Source: Octopus vulgaris
Lineage: Eukaryota
DNA length: 64,000 bases
Direction of reading: 5' to 3'
Assembly: GCA_951406725.2 (NCBI GenBank)
Contig: OX597814.1
Location: 128,774,001-128,838,000, forward strand
Position numbers and translations under genes: made by a program. Each line of letters starts with the position of its first letter. Positions within the stretch are counted from its first letter, which is position 1. The notes beneath the pieces are model-generated. The model worked only from the letters and a program-made list of their open reading frames with translations. It searched no databases and was not told the DNA's origin. Below, piece by piece: positions 11,999 to 25,481 of the stretch.

Positions 11999-13018
11999 GT
12001 CTGTCTGTCTCTTTATTTATCTGTCTGTCTGTCTCTTTATCTATCTGTCTGTCTGTCTCTTTATTTATCTGTCTGTCTATTTATCTGTCTGTCTATTTGC
12101 CTGTCTATCTATCTATTTATCTGTCACTCTATCTATCTGTCTGTCTGTCTGTCTAAATATTCTATATGCAAGATGCACACATACATATATGTATGAATAT
12201 CAGGCTTTTGTATGCACACACATATATATACATGCATGATACTTACCAAGTTTTTTTAAACGCAATAATGCACAAACCGTGAACTAAACTTTCGGCCCTC
12301 GAGTCACTTTCGTAACTTTCTACTGATTAAAAATAATAAAAATATATTAACTCACGTATTGAATCCTATTTTTCCTGTTCTTCAACCCCACCCATTCACA
12401 CAAAGTACATGTATGTGTGTGTTTGTGTACATGTATCACCACAAATTTGGCTGATGTCGACTTGATCTTTCATCTGTCAATAAAAACTAATAAAATACTG
12501 TGATTGATCTAATTGACAAAATCAGTTCGTTATTGATCAGACAAAACCAGTCTCCCCTCTCCCCGCCTACCAAATTTGGCAGCTTGGGCCAACATTACAA
12601 ATCAATATGTACCAATGGAAGTTAGCAGAATTTTGCTTGTTATTTTCGATGTAATCGTTATGTATTTTCATATCTAAAACATATATATCAATGTATAAAC
12701 ACTAAAACACATAGCATTTATTTAAGCACACTTGGATATGTTTGTGTACGTACGCATGCAAGTATGTATGTATGTATGTATGTATGTATGTATGTATGTA
12801 TGTATGTATGTATGTATGTATGTATGTATGTATGTGTGTGTGTGTGTGTGTCCATACGTATATTCATTTATACATGCTAACGTACATACATATAATACAT
12901 GTACACAGACACACATATACATACATACACAACAGTAAATGAATGTGTATACATACACACATGTGTGTATATATGCTGATGTATGTGAGTATATATATAT
13001 ATATATATATAATATATT

Positions 13019-13050
<32 letters not shown>

Positions 13051-13120
13051 TGTATGTATGTATGTATAAGCGTAGTGTACATAGATATATACATGTTATA
13101 TATATATATATATATATACG

Positions 13121-13177
<57 letters not shown>

Positions 13178-13699
13178 GGTAAGACAACAAAAGAATGAAA
13201 GAGACCTCGATATTATGTAAATAGAGGGATATATCTGTAAATGTTATATATATATATATCAGTATGAATGTATATCGATATCTATCTATCTGCATAAATA
13301 TATGGATGTATATACATATAAACATACACATAAACACGTATACATGCACATATATACACATACATACCAACAAAAATATAGTTACAAATACACAAACATG
13401 CTAGCGTAAACGTACAAATACATACAAACACAAGTGAGTCTGTGTCTGTATATAGTATTTCTGTAAGTGCATAATACATATATGTTTGGTGCAATATATG
13501 TATATGCATGTTTGTGTGTGTATTGAGTTGTGTAGAACATAAAGCAGTATACAATTTCACAGCTTCGTTACGGGACCCGGCACACTTATTGAATTGCTAC
13601 ACCGCATGGTTGAAACACATATTTATATACTGCAAACCTTCTATAACATGTATATATCTATGTACACCACGCTTATACATACGTGCATACATACGTACA

Positions 13700-13731
<32 letters not shown>

Positions 13732-14183
13732 AATATATACATACATACATACATACATATAAATATATATATTCATACATACATACATACATACATATAA
13801 ATATATATATTCATACATACATACATACATACATACATATAAATATATATATTCATACATACATACATACATATAAATATATATATACATACATACATAC
13901 ATACATATAAATATATATATACATACATACATACATATAAATATATATATACATACATACATATAAATATATATATACATACATACATACATATAAATAT
14001 ACATACATACATATAAATATATATATACATACATACATACATACATACATATAAATATAAACATACATACATATAAATATTTATACATACATACATACAT
14101 ACATATAAATATATATATATATATGCATACATACATACATATAAATATATGTACATACATACATACATACATATAAATATATA

Positions 14184-14215
<32 letters not shown>

Positions 14216-14710
14216 AATATATATACATACATACATTTAAATATATGTACATACATACATACATATAAATATATATATACATACATACATACATACATAC
14301 ATATAAATATATACTTACATACATACATATAAATATATATATATACTCACATACATCAGCATATATACACGCATATATATTCAATACGTATGCGCACATA
14401 CATATACATGCATATATGTGTGTATGTATGTATGCTTGTAGACTCCCTGTAGCTGTACTTGCGCACTTGGATATTTTATTTATGCTTACGTACAAAGATG
14501 TAAACATATACCAATGCTTGTGTATTTGTTATGATTGTAAAATAAGTCGTTCGGTATGTCTTTGGATATACACACAGACACACGTGTGCGCATACAGACA
14601 CACGCAAACACACATGTACACATACGCTCACACACATACACAGACAGACAAACAAGCACACGCACCAACACAGACACACACACACATAAACACACACACA
14701 CACACGCATG
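11120..14710. repeat. Compound microsatellite field ((CT)n, (CA)n, (TA)n, (TCTA)n, (TCTG)n, (TATG)n, ACAT/ATAAAT minisatellite)
   Basis: Directly visible; source of many spurious ORFs. Confidence 0.95.
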
Positions 14711-15197
14711 ATCAGAGACGCAGACTTATTAATTTCATTTACGTCGCTCCATTCGTCATCATATCTCATAGGCAGTATATATGCAGCTATATATGTATAG
14801 TGAAACACCGCAGTATTTACGTTTGTTCTCTTCTATTTATTTGAAGTCTTCCTGTAAAGAAGGAACTGCTTTCTAACAAAGATATAAAACTCCATCACTG
14901 GAATGTAAGTAACAAAAACGATGTCACACGTTAAACTTGAGAAAAGGTTCGCATACGTTTACTGTTCCGCTTACAGATTGCATTTATAATGCACGTGTTA
15001 GCTGGTTGGACTCTTTTTCTGACAACCCCAGTTTATCCAGATTGTGACTGAAATCTCTACTAGCAAACCCATGTGAACAAATAATTATTGGTATAAATGT
15101 GAGTTTATAATCTGGGAATAGAAGCTGATGGTTTCGAACTTGTTATCCTTAGTTATACGCCTTCTCTTTGATTATCGAAAAGATATTCACATCATCG

Positions 15198-15457
15198 GGG
15201 CAGCTGACGGATCTTTACCTTTTGACCGATAGATTTTAAAAAATAATTTTTTGTAACTAAACACTTTCAAACTTCGGACACTGGTAGAATGTATCATAGA
15301 AAACATGCTTTACTCTTAACATTTTTTGAGAAAAACTTATATTTACGAAGTAATTTCACGTTAAAGTAGGCCTATTTCGGTAATTTCAACCAATCAATGA
15401 CGTGTATTCAGCTGAATAAAATTACTGTACGTCAAAAGGTAAAGATCCCAGCTGACC
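15198..15457. mobile_element. MITE
   Basis: TIRs GGGCAGCTGACGGATCTTTACCTTTTGAC and GTCAAAAGGTAAAGATCCCAGCTGACC. Confidence 0.7.
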
Positions 15458-15896
15458 TCTATGGATGGATGGATGAATGGATGGAAGAACGGACGGACGG
15501 GTGGATGGAAGTACTGTAGTGCAACAACGTTCAAAGCCGTTTTCGCCGAAAACATTCCGCCTGTTGTCAGAGGAAAGTGAATCGATTGGGCTTTGGGCGG
15601 GAAAACAGGACTTATAGTAGTGATCATTGTTGTAGCGGTAGAATAAAGAGAGGATGAATACGACACGTCTATATGCTCCTGATTAGTGTATCTTGCTGAA
15701 TGGAAGGTTTGTTAACCAATCACATAGCTTTTTTAACGTAGTATGTGCATGCGCGCTGTGTTGGTAGTTTGTAAGTTATATTCGTGCTCTGTAGAAGGTC
15801 CACAAATGTTCAGTGAGAGATGAAATACTTTGTGGCTTTGAAGTTAGTTTTTTTCTTTCTTATGGTGCAAATGTATTTTCGTCATGAAAGGTCATC

Positions 15897-16859
15897 AGAG
15901 ATTGTTAAAGCTTATAAAATTTTAGCTGTATAAAAAATGACTATGAAGTAAAGATTGTTTGCCAATATAACACGGAAGTCCTGGTTTAGGACTAATGTTG
16001 CTGTAATTTAGCCTCACGGATGTCCTGGATTAGTTAAATTACAGCAACATTAGTCCTAAACCAGGACTTCCGTGTTATATTGGCAAACAATCTTTACTAC
16101 AAAGTACTGTTGCTGAATAACTCACGTTGTGAGTTTAAAAAATAGTCATTTTCTAAAAAACATGACTATGGCGCAGGAGTGGCTGTGTGGTAAGTAGCTT
16201 GCTTACCAACCACATGGTTCCGGGTTCAGTCCCGCTGCGTGGCACCTTGGGCAAGTGTCTTCTACTATAGCCTCGGGCCGACCAAAGCCTTGTGAGTGGA
16301 TTTGGTAGATTGAAACTTAAAGAAGCCCGTCGTATACGTGCGTGTGTGTATATATATAAATATATATATATATATATGTCTGTGTGTGTGTGTGTCTGTG
16401 TTTGTCCACCCAACTTGACAACCGATACTGGTGTGTTTACGTCCACGTGACTTAACGGTTCGGCAAAAGAAACCGATAGAATAAGTACTAGGCTTACAAA
16501 GAATAAGTCCTGGGGTCGATTTGCTTGACTAAAGGCGGTGCTCCAGCATGGCCACAGTCAAATGACTGAAACAAGTAAAAGAGAGAGAGAGATTGTTAAA
16601 GCTTATAAAATTTTAGCTGTATAAAAAATGACTATGTAGTGAAGATTGTCAATCTAACATGGCAGTCGTGGTTTAGGACTAATGTTGCTGTAAGTTAGCC
16701 CCAGGAGACATCGTCTCCTAGGGCTAAATTACAGCAACATTAGTCCCTAAGCCAGGACTTCCGTGTTATGTTGGCAAACAATCTTTACTACAAAGTACTG
16801 TTGCTGAATATCTCACGTTGTGAGATTAAAAAATAGTAATTTTCTAAAAAATGACTATG
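15897..16859. repeat. ~270-bp direct duplication (15897-16170 and 16588-16859), each copy containing a long palindrome
   Basis: Copy 1 has perfect 64-bp arms 15947-16010 and 16035-16098. Confidence 0.9.
16171..16590 (+). mobile_element. SINE family A, full length
   Basis: Same head, body and tail as 687-1122; flanked by a ~270-bp direct duplication. Confidence 0.9.
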
Positions 16860-17039
16860 TTCATTTTTTTTTTCCTGCTTGCTGAATCGTTAAGAAGCAG
16901 CATTGCCTGTGAACTTTGCAAGCTCTCCGAGGCCAGTGAACACGATACCTTTGATGTTCCGTTCAAACTGTTGCAGATCAACACCTGCAGAAAAAGACAA
17001 GAGGAAATTCCTGATAGTCGAGGGAAGGACTGGCCATTG

Positions 17040-17637
17040 TGTAGCGGGCCGGGGTGGATATAACAAGGGTGACGAGAGATGAAGAGACAAATGTATCGGA
17101 AATGCTAGACTGGAAGAAATACCAGATTAACCAGTTCCGAGGAAGATAGATCATTATAGTGTACAGAAGTATGTTTATCATTCGGCCGTTTAGACTTAAA
17201 TACCTGATATTGGTTCATACGCATGTTTTCTATAAGTGGTCACATGACCTGGCCACGTGATGGTGCATATATCGATCGAGTCCTGTTTTTACGCAGGCTA
17301 TCCAATCCAATCCCATCATGTGACAGACCAGCGTAGCGCGGGAAAATTATGTCTGTTTACTGGAGCGCCTAATCAGCTTTTAAAAAGAGGAATCTTTCCC
17401 GTTTTCTCCAGCGTGGTGGGAAGACACGGTTGAGTTCGGATCTCCGCAGAGAGGCGAGTTATTTTACAGAGAGCCTTGAACGTTATTGCATTCTGTTTGC
17501 TCAAGCACACATCACCAACTTCCAACAGCATGAGAAACCAATATGTACATTTTCTTCTGACAATATCATTTAAGGTATACCAACGTTTGCTGTACCGATT
17601 CATTAAGCGGTTGAATAAAATGTAGCAGTCAATTACA
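17040..17637 (+). mobile_element. Solo-LTR-like repeat
   Basis: TG..CA ends, AATAAA near the 3' end; 17221-17465 is homologous to the reverse complement of ~44465-44700. Confidence 0.45.
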
Positions 17638-17695
17638 ACTCTTGTCTTTGTAATTCTTTCTGCTGTTATACCTGACTCATTTGGAACTATGAAAT

Positions 17696-18214
17696 TGTAA
17701 TTTTACCAGGACCAGAACTTCACGCAACTCAACCACCTAAAATAGTATCAGTAGAAAAGTCAGAGAGAGGAGACAACACACATGTGGGTCAAAGGCTGGG
17801 ATGTGTCTGTGAGTGATTTAAATACCAATAAATCGAGTTGCCCTTCTCTGGGTACTAATTATAGCTGGTCAAGCGGCCGCAAAAGAGACCCTTTTATTGA
17901 GTATAATAGACAAGCCAATAATTGTACTACTGTCTTGTATCACCACTAAGGAGAGTAGGATCCTCAGCTAACGAACTGGGGATCATTTGATAGCGGGCGG
18001 AATAGCAAGAATAAAATTTTAAAATTTTATTTCTATGTTATTGACTATCGCACTCTGTAAGGTGTTTTTGTACTATACATGTTTTATATATTTAATATAT
18101 ATGTATCAGATAAGTAATAATTAACTTATATATTGTGCACTCTATTGTTTTGTTATGCATTTAATTCCTCTGGTCCGTGATAAAATTGTCTTGATTGAAA
18201 CCGGTCCAATAACA
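17696..18214 (+). mobile_element. Possible solo LTR
   Basis: TGTAATTTTACC / GGTCCAATAACA imperfect termini, internal TATAAT and AATAAA; no clear TSD. Confidence 0.3.
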
Positions 18215-20685
18215 ACAAAGAACAAAGACTTTTTGTGGTCACTCTTTCTGGTAGAAGTCGCCAGATCTCCCTAAAACACCCGTTATGAAAGAATGCGTTC
18301 GATTATGTAGACCTAATTATCCCTTAAGCAAAACAGAATGGTTTTGCCTAAAATGTTCTTGACCATAGTTCGATCAAGGCTAACTAGGGCTAAACACCGA
18401 CGACAAAAACAACGTCGCTACGAGTCAGTGAGGAAGCCTCTACGTGATCATTCGATCTGCTAGAAATAGCCATGAAATCTTAGTCAAATTACATCATACC
18501 GTCTTATAAGAAGAATATAAAAAGGACACTAGATAATGTAGTTCTGCGAATCCTTAAAAAAGACAGGAGAGTCATGGCTAAAACGCCTTTGAACATAGAT
18601 TTTCTCAATCAGAGTTTACATCAGGTACAACAATAGCAGCAACAACTTCGGTATTAACCATTTTACCGTACAAAACATCTCTGTGGAAGCAATGGTTTCA
18701 CCTTACCTATTATCTCTTATTTGTTTATACAGTGCTTTAAAAATACACATAAGAAACTATATATATAGTCAGAAACGTGAAGAAAAATGGAAGAAAAACA
18801 GAATAAATTTACTTTGGAACATTTGTTTGGAAATTTACTTTGGAAGATTTTTTTTCTCTCAGTTCATTTTACCTTTTGTTCGTGGAACATTATTTCTTCT
18901 TCTGTAATTACTCAATTCTCTTATAAATCTTTACAAAATAAAATACGAAAAAAGTGTGACGTGACGAGAATGAATATTCACAATAAAAAACACATTAACT
19001 CATTGAACTGCTCTTTTTTAATCCAATGCAGGTCACCAGTAGTTTTGCATGGACTCCGTGGTTGTCGCCATCGTGGTTGTTATTTTAGTAATCTTTCTTG
19101 GAATATATTTTTGATGTTAAAAGACACCGCTGGTGGGATCTGAGCCAGCTTTGTTGACAGTATACACATCGGATGTTAGAACGAAGAGAATTTATTCGTT
19201 TTTATTTTTCTCCTTTACGCTATCTTTCTGTCAAGATTCTTCCCTTTTTTTTTATTTTTTATTATCTATCTCTGTCTTCTTTTTATTCTTATTGTTCTTA
19301 TATTTTGGTTAGCTTTCATCCCAATGTCAGATCAGATAAAAATCTATAAGAAAAAAGAAAAGAAAAAAATGGAGACCAGTAAAATGCTTTTTCAGTAGTC
19401 ATCTATATTCACATGCCGTTTTCTAAGCGATAAGACTGTCCAGGTTCGTGGGGGTTTTTTGACGAAAAGACAGTCAGCTGCAAATGTTACTAAGTGTTTA
19501 TATTCAACGAACCAAAGTTTGACTCCGACGAAGCAGTGTAACCTTTGCTTCTACGGTCTCTATCTTCCATCGCAAAAAACAAAAAAAAAAATCTTCTTCC
19601 ACTACCACCACTCCACCACTCCACCACTTCTACCATCGCCACCACCATAGCTTCATCTTTGTTCACGTACATAACTGGCTACGATGCTGGGTGGTACATT
19701 TTCTTTGCGAATAAATTCTGCGACCCAGTTTCAATTTGCTATTGTAATAGCTTCATTTATCGCGTTAATGCCATTAGCTAAATACATTAACAAATCATCT
19801 CTTAATGTTTTTCACATTACTAACGCGTTTAAATGCCCAATTACAGAATCGTAGTTGTTGTATTGGTAATATTTTTTGGCGGAGTTTCGGATTCCATACC
19901 TCACGGGAAAGAAAAAAAAGGTTACGGAAAGGGAGGAGTGCAAAATTGTGAAACGATTGAATTTTGGAAAAATACCTATTGTTTCGTTTTTACAATTTAG
20001 TTTGTAAGATTCTTGGTGTGAACTCATGTATTAAAAAAGATTTTGTTGTATGTAAGGAGGGTCATTATGCCAATTATAAACACAGCACTGGTTCTATTTA
20101 ACTTCTTTAGTATTTATTTAACTGGTCAACTAAATAACCAATTAATCGACTGTTTGATCAGCCAAACGAATAATCAGGCATTTGATTAGTTAACTGGTTA
20201 AATGGTTAATTAATTCAGTAATAATATAACAAAAGAAGTAAAACATAGCCAGTGCATGTGTTTATTATTGATTTTATGACCTTCCTAATATACAACAAAA
20301 CAGTTTTCTTTTTTCTGTTTTTATAATCATAATTTCCGTTGTATGAAACACATGAATACTATAAGAAAAAAAGAAGGAAAATACAAAACAAAACTGAACG
20401 CTAATTTTTCTTTCGAATTTTTCTTTCTATCGAATCTCAGTCATTATATTTTGTGACAACTGTGATGGGAGACTATGTCTTATATTAACGGTTCCTACAT
20501 TAATTTTGGCGCGCAACTCATATTTTTTCTCCAAATCACGAAATCCAGTGCTATATTTTACAAACAACACCCCATCAGCCTAAGGCATTGGATAAACCAA
20601 GAAAAAAAAAGTGCTTCTGAGAAAGAATTTATCTATATAAATAAAGAGAAAAGACCATATTACAACATTATTTTGATAGTGATAA

Positions 20686-20876
20686 AGGTGGCAAGCTAGC
20701 GGAACCAGCGAACAAAATGCACGTTTATATTCTAAGTTCAAATTTCGCCGAGGTCGTTTTTACCTTTCATCGTTTTAGGTCTGATTAAAATAAAGTACCA
20801 GTCAAATACTAGCATCAATGTAATCGATTTCCTGTTCCCTTCAAAATTGCTGGCCATGTGCCAAAATTTGAAGCCA
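20686..20876 (+). mobile_element. SINE family B, diverged
   Basis: Meta-like core and CTGGCC(A/T)TGTGCCAAAATTTGAA tail. Confidence 0.75.
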
Positions 20877-21162
20877 CTTTTACGAAAAGGGTAAAAGTAA
20901 TTTTTTATATAAATATGTTTGTATCAAATTTTATTTAAGCATATTTAAGCCCGCAAAATTCCGGGTGCCATTTTTTCTGCGGATCTCACTTCAAAGTAAC
21001 ACTATCTAAAATATCTTAAATTCGCTTCAGGTTCCATAACGTTTCTGTGGCATTATCTGTTTGAGTCATCTAGTTTTTTTCCAGTCCGTCAGATATTTAC
21101 AATGTTTCTTGTACTATCAGGCATTTCTTATATGTTTATGTGTGTGCGTGTATTTATATGTA

Positions 21163-21200
<38 letters not shown>

Positions 21201-21203
<3 letters not shown>

Positions 21204-21398
21204 AGTATATCGTTAGCCACTACACACATTTTTTCTCTCCTTGTTTTTTCTGTGTCCCTTTCTGTAGAAGAGCGTAGGCTCGAAAAGTAAAAGACTTTTT
21301 CTCTTCCTGAGTGTTATACTAATACATCTATTTGTTTTGTACACCACCTGTCTTCGTCTTTTGTTTTTTTCGTAAACTCTCCCTATATATATATATAT
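21201..21398 (+). mobile_element. Penelope-like non-autonomous repeat with degenerate hammerhead, between (CA)n and (TA)n
   Basis: CUUU-CUGUAGA-A-GAGC[GUAG]GCUC-GAAA-A-GUA-AAAG at 21258-21293. Confidence 0.55.
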
Positions 21399-22830
21399 TT
21401 CTTATCGGTTTCAGCTCAGAGCTGTGACCATACTGAAGCACCGCCGTTTTCCTACACTGTTATTATTGAGAGCCTCCTCTGATATATGGCATTTGGTGAA
21501 TAAGGAAGCTTGATGTCGCTACTCTCATTTTCACCTTCTGCCGTGCGGTAGATTCATCTGGGGCTCTCGACAAGAAGAGATCCAGTTTTGATTTGAAAAC
21601 ACCTACATTCACTTTCTGTAGGTACCCTCAGGCTCTTTGGGAGAATATTAAAAAGCTGTGGGCTCCTGAAACCCAGGCTGTTGCAGTAACTGGTCCTGAA
21701 GCGCGACGGCATTGCTGGGATCTTTGGCACTGTGCAGTGGAGACCCGTTCTGGCATTTGTGTAGCTTTCGATGCCCAAATTTGGCACTATCTCTTCTTGG
21801 ACCTTCCAGATGTATACTACTGCATATCTCTCCCACCTTCGCTTCAGGGAGTATAGTCTTAGCTGCTTCAACCTTTCCCAGTAGCTGAGCTGTTGCAATG
21901 AAATGATCTTCTTTGCGAAGCTTCGCTGAATTGCTTTAAGGTCCGCTGTTTTCCAACGGGGTGATAAAGACGCTTTTGAACTGGTCATTCAGTACCTCAC
22001 TGATCCTGGTTGGGTTATCTGTGCGGGAGCCATCCTTTTGGAAGAGGGGTCCTAATTTGCAGCGAACTGAGGCTGTTTCTTTAGCATTATGAAAGTAGGC
22101 CTTTGGGTTTGACTTGATATTTTTTATAACCCAGGCTTCTTTGTCTGCTCTCTCTTTCACAAAGGATTGTTACATGCTTTTTTCAATCTCCATCAGTGTT
22201 GTTTTCAGGCGGGACCTTTCACTACTTTTGGTATGTTGGTTGAAGCGATTTGCAACCTTCGTCCGTCGTCTCGTGAGGATCTTCCTCCCACTTGGAATCT
22301 TGTTCCTTTTTCTGTTGGTCTTGTACTCTGGGACATTTTTCTAGCATAAGGTTTGCATAACAGACATGAAATATTCTAGTTTCATGCTAATGTCTGGTAT
22401 GGAGAGACATTTCGGCCAGTCCTGTCATAGGATCTCTTTTTAAATCGATTTCCAGTCTGCTTTGTGGAAGTTCAGATTGGAGAGATTTTTGGTGCTTCCT
22501 TTAGGCTGTATGTCTCTGGTAACTTCTGGTCCATAAATAGACAGCTCTATTATATTGTGTTCCGAAACTAGAGTCGGCGTCACTTTCACATTATGGACGA
22601 TGTCCATATTGTTCGTGAAGCAGAGATCCAATATGTTATTCACCCTAGTTGGTCTGAGTACAACTTGCTCCATGTATAGGACAGTGGTGAGATTGAGCAG
22701 GGACTCCACCTGTACTTGTTTGCAATGAGTCATTCTTGAGAACATGAGGCCTTCGAGCTATTTGACGTTGGGGAAGTTGAAATCACCCATAAGAAACACG
22801 CTCACTTGATGTTCCATTTTCATGAGGATT
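21399..22830 (-). mobile_element. CR1-clade LINE remnant: APE endonuclease end plus ORF2 C-terminus, RT core deleted
   Basis: VFLMGDFNFPNV, PTRVNNILDLCFTN and SEHNII (APE); IKSNPKAYF; LSYWERLKQLRLYSL..ERYAVVYIWK..QLFNILPKSLR (CR1 C-terminus); 3' tail 21399-21445. Confidence 0.85.
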
Positions 22831-23510
22831 TCTTTTTTTCTTGTGAGGGGAAGAGCAGGTAAAGAAGATATGAAGGAAAGAGAAAAACAGGTTATGGAAT
22901 GAGAAAGGCCGCTGTGAGTGAGAAGTTACACATAATACGATAGCAAGGAGAGAGGGAAAGAAGAGAGGGGGATAGAGAAAGATATGAAAGAGTGAGAGAG
23001 AGAGAAAGGAAATGGAGGATGATATGAAGGAGAGAAGGGAAGAGCAGGTAACGAGAATGTGAGGGAAAGAGAGAAATAGAGGGTACGAAACGAAAAGTGC
23101 CGCTGAGTGATAGAAAAGTTACGTGAAAAACGATAGCGGGATGTGGGAAGACAAAACAAAACAAAAAAAGAAGAGGTTTCGTGACAAATTTGCTGCCTTA
23201 AAACATTTTTCAAACAGAAGATTGCAAACAAACTATACCTCTTAAAGTCAAATTTTCAGTAAACAAAACAAACAAGAGGAAACGAAAATAAACAAATGAA
23301 AAGGATACTTATTCCCGAGAGGTAAAAATTCCAATCGTTGTTCTTGTACGAATTAGTTTTGTTTCAAAAAGAAATCGTCTCCTTTTTACACACGGCAGTG
23401 CAATTTTTTCACCACTAGGTTTCTACTACGATAACTCTGGCTTGCGCCGCTGACTTTAATATAATATATTACATGCAAAAATGCGAGCATGAAAAGTAAT
23501 ATTCTTAAAA

Positions 23511-23940
23511 TTATAAATCTGGAAAAGTACAGGACAAGTTATTACATCTGTAAAAGTATAGGATAGATTATTACTTGAAGTAAAGTAAAGAATAAGAAAC
23601 TTTTTACTTAAAATATTGCAGTAAAGAATGCCAGTTCTCCTAATTTATCACTCTTTACAGTTCTCATCTTTTAAATTTATCGTACAAAACTATTCAGCGA
23701 ATTTGTAAGTTTGTCTAATAAGTCACTTTTTTCTGTATTTAAGGTAGTAAATTAGCCAAATTCTACTTAAATAAGTATAGTATTATTTGTAAACTATAAT
23801 AAAATATTTTTTATAGTCAAAATTTTCATTTTAGCTGCAATGTTTTAAGTAAAAAGTTTCTTATTCTTTACTTGAAGTAATAGTTTGTCCTATACTTTTA
23901 CAGGTGTAATAACTTGTCCTGTACTTTTCTAGGTTTATAA
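23511..23940. mobile_element. MITE or foldback element with ~115-bp TIRs
   Basis: 23511-23630 is the imperfect reverse complement of 23828-23940; both ends TTATAA. Confidence 0.75.
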
Positions 23941-24077
23941 TCTGCTGCGATTGACGAAATGGTGGATTTAATATATTCAACCACTTTGAATGTTGAATGA
24001 TTGAGCGTCCAATAACACTATACTTGTTCCACGTCCTCTCGTTGTTGTGTTTTCTCTTTGTGTTTTCATGTTTGGAT

Positions 24078-24133
<56 letters not shown>

Positions 24134-24261
24134 TAGATAGATAGATAGATATATCTGTGTGTGTATATATTTTTTATCTTGTTTCAGTGATCAGACTGCG
24201 GCCTTAGTGGGGCATCGACTTTATACACACACACACACACACATACACACACACACACACA

Positions 24262-24305
<44 letters not shown>

Positions 24306-25427
24306 ACTATAATACAAAACGTTTCACTGTTCCTTATTATCAAAAATTTTCCTTCCAAAATTTCGTTACCCTCTTCTCCCAGTTTTTTCTCTCCGTTTTT
24401 ATTTTATCATTCGAATAGTTTTGGGGTTTATGAATTACATTTTGATAAAATCGAAGCTTTTTCATAAATTGATGTTGGATGATGACCCCTGAAGAAAATA
24501 TGATACAGAAACTTTTTTTTAAAAAATCCAAATTTGAAAGTGAACTCAAATCGAAATTTAAATTATAAATTTCGACATGGAATCGTTAGAAATTTATATT
24601 CAAAAGGAAATTTGAATATCAACTTTCACTTTTACTCATCTCTTAATAACGTAGTGTGACGCCATCTTAGTTTTCTCGTTTTAACATTTCGAACTATGGA
24701 AAAAAGAAAGAAAAACTGGAAAGAAAAAGAAAAGAAAAGAAAGTTTGTCTTTTTATTGATATTTAGTGTTATTGATAATTTCACACTTCTCTTCCATACT
24801 TCCGATAAGTGTTTTCAAGAACGACAGCTGCTAAAATACTGCGCCTTTTAGGAAGCAAGCGCTGGCAGTTGCTAATAATGTGAATTCCACCTTCAACAAA
24901 CTATATATTTCACAGAACTGACATATTTAGTAACAATCGTGAGATATCAAGTGGCAACGACATACAAAGATATTTAAATGGATATTAAAATCACCAGCCA
25001 GCCTGACGTTATTCTCCCGCTGCCTCTCTGTCGATACTGCTATTGTCTTTATCCCCTGAATTTGCTTACTGTATCACCTTTATTTAAACTCCTTCATTTT
25101 ATTCATATCCCCTCTCTCCTGTCATTCCTGTTGCATCACTGTCATAGAATCTGTACTAAATACTTCGCTCATTCTTCAATCTCTAATGCTACATACTTCT
25201 TTGGCAATCTCTTTTCCATGCTTGATACTTTAGATGCAAAACAACAAAAAGAAACATAAGCGTGCTTATTTTTCCTAGCTGTTTTTACCTTTAGTCCTAG
25301 AGAACATTGAAAGTCTACTATAGGCGTTATCCAACTTACTTTACACAATGATTTTCAAAAAATCATTTTCCGCCTCTGCTCTGGGCAGTCACTCTTACAA
25401 GAGACCACCAAAGAAAAACAACTAATT

Positions 25428-25481
<54 letters not shown>

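Noticed and set aside
11064-14844. Long ORFs of up to 244 aa (MYVCMYV.., HTYIHTY..)
   Set aside because: Translations of microsatellites that happen to lack stop codons
24655-24670. YY1/start-like AAGATGGCG on the minus strand
   Set aside because: The ORF stops after nine codons and it is a single motif without support
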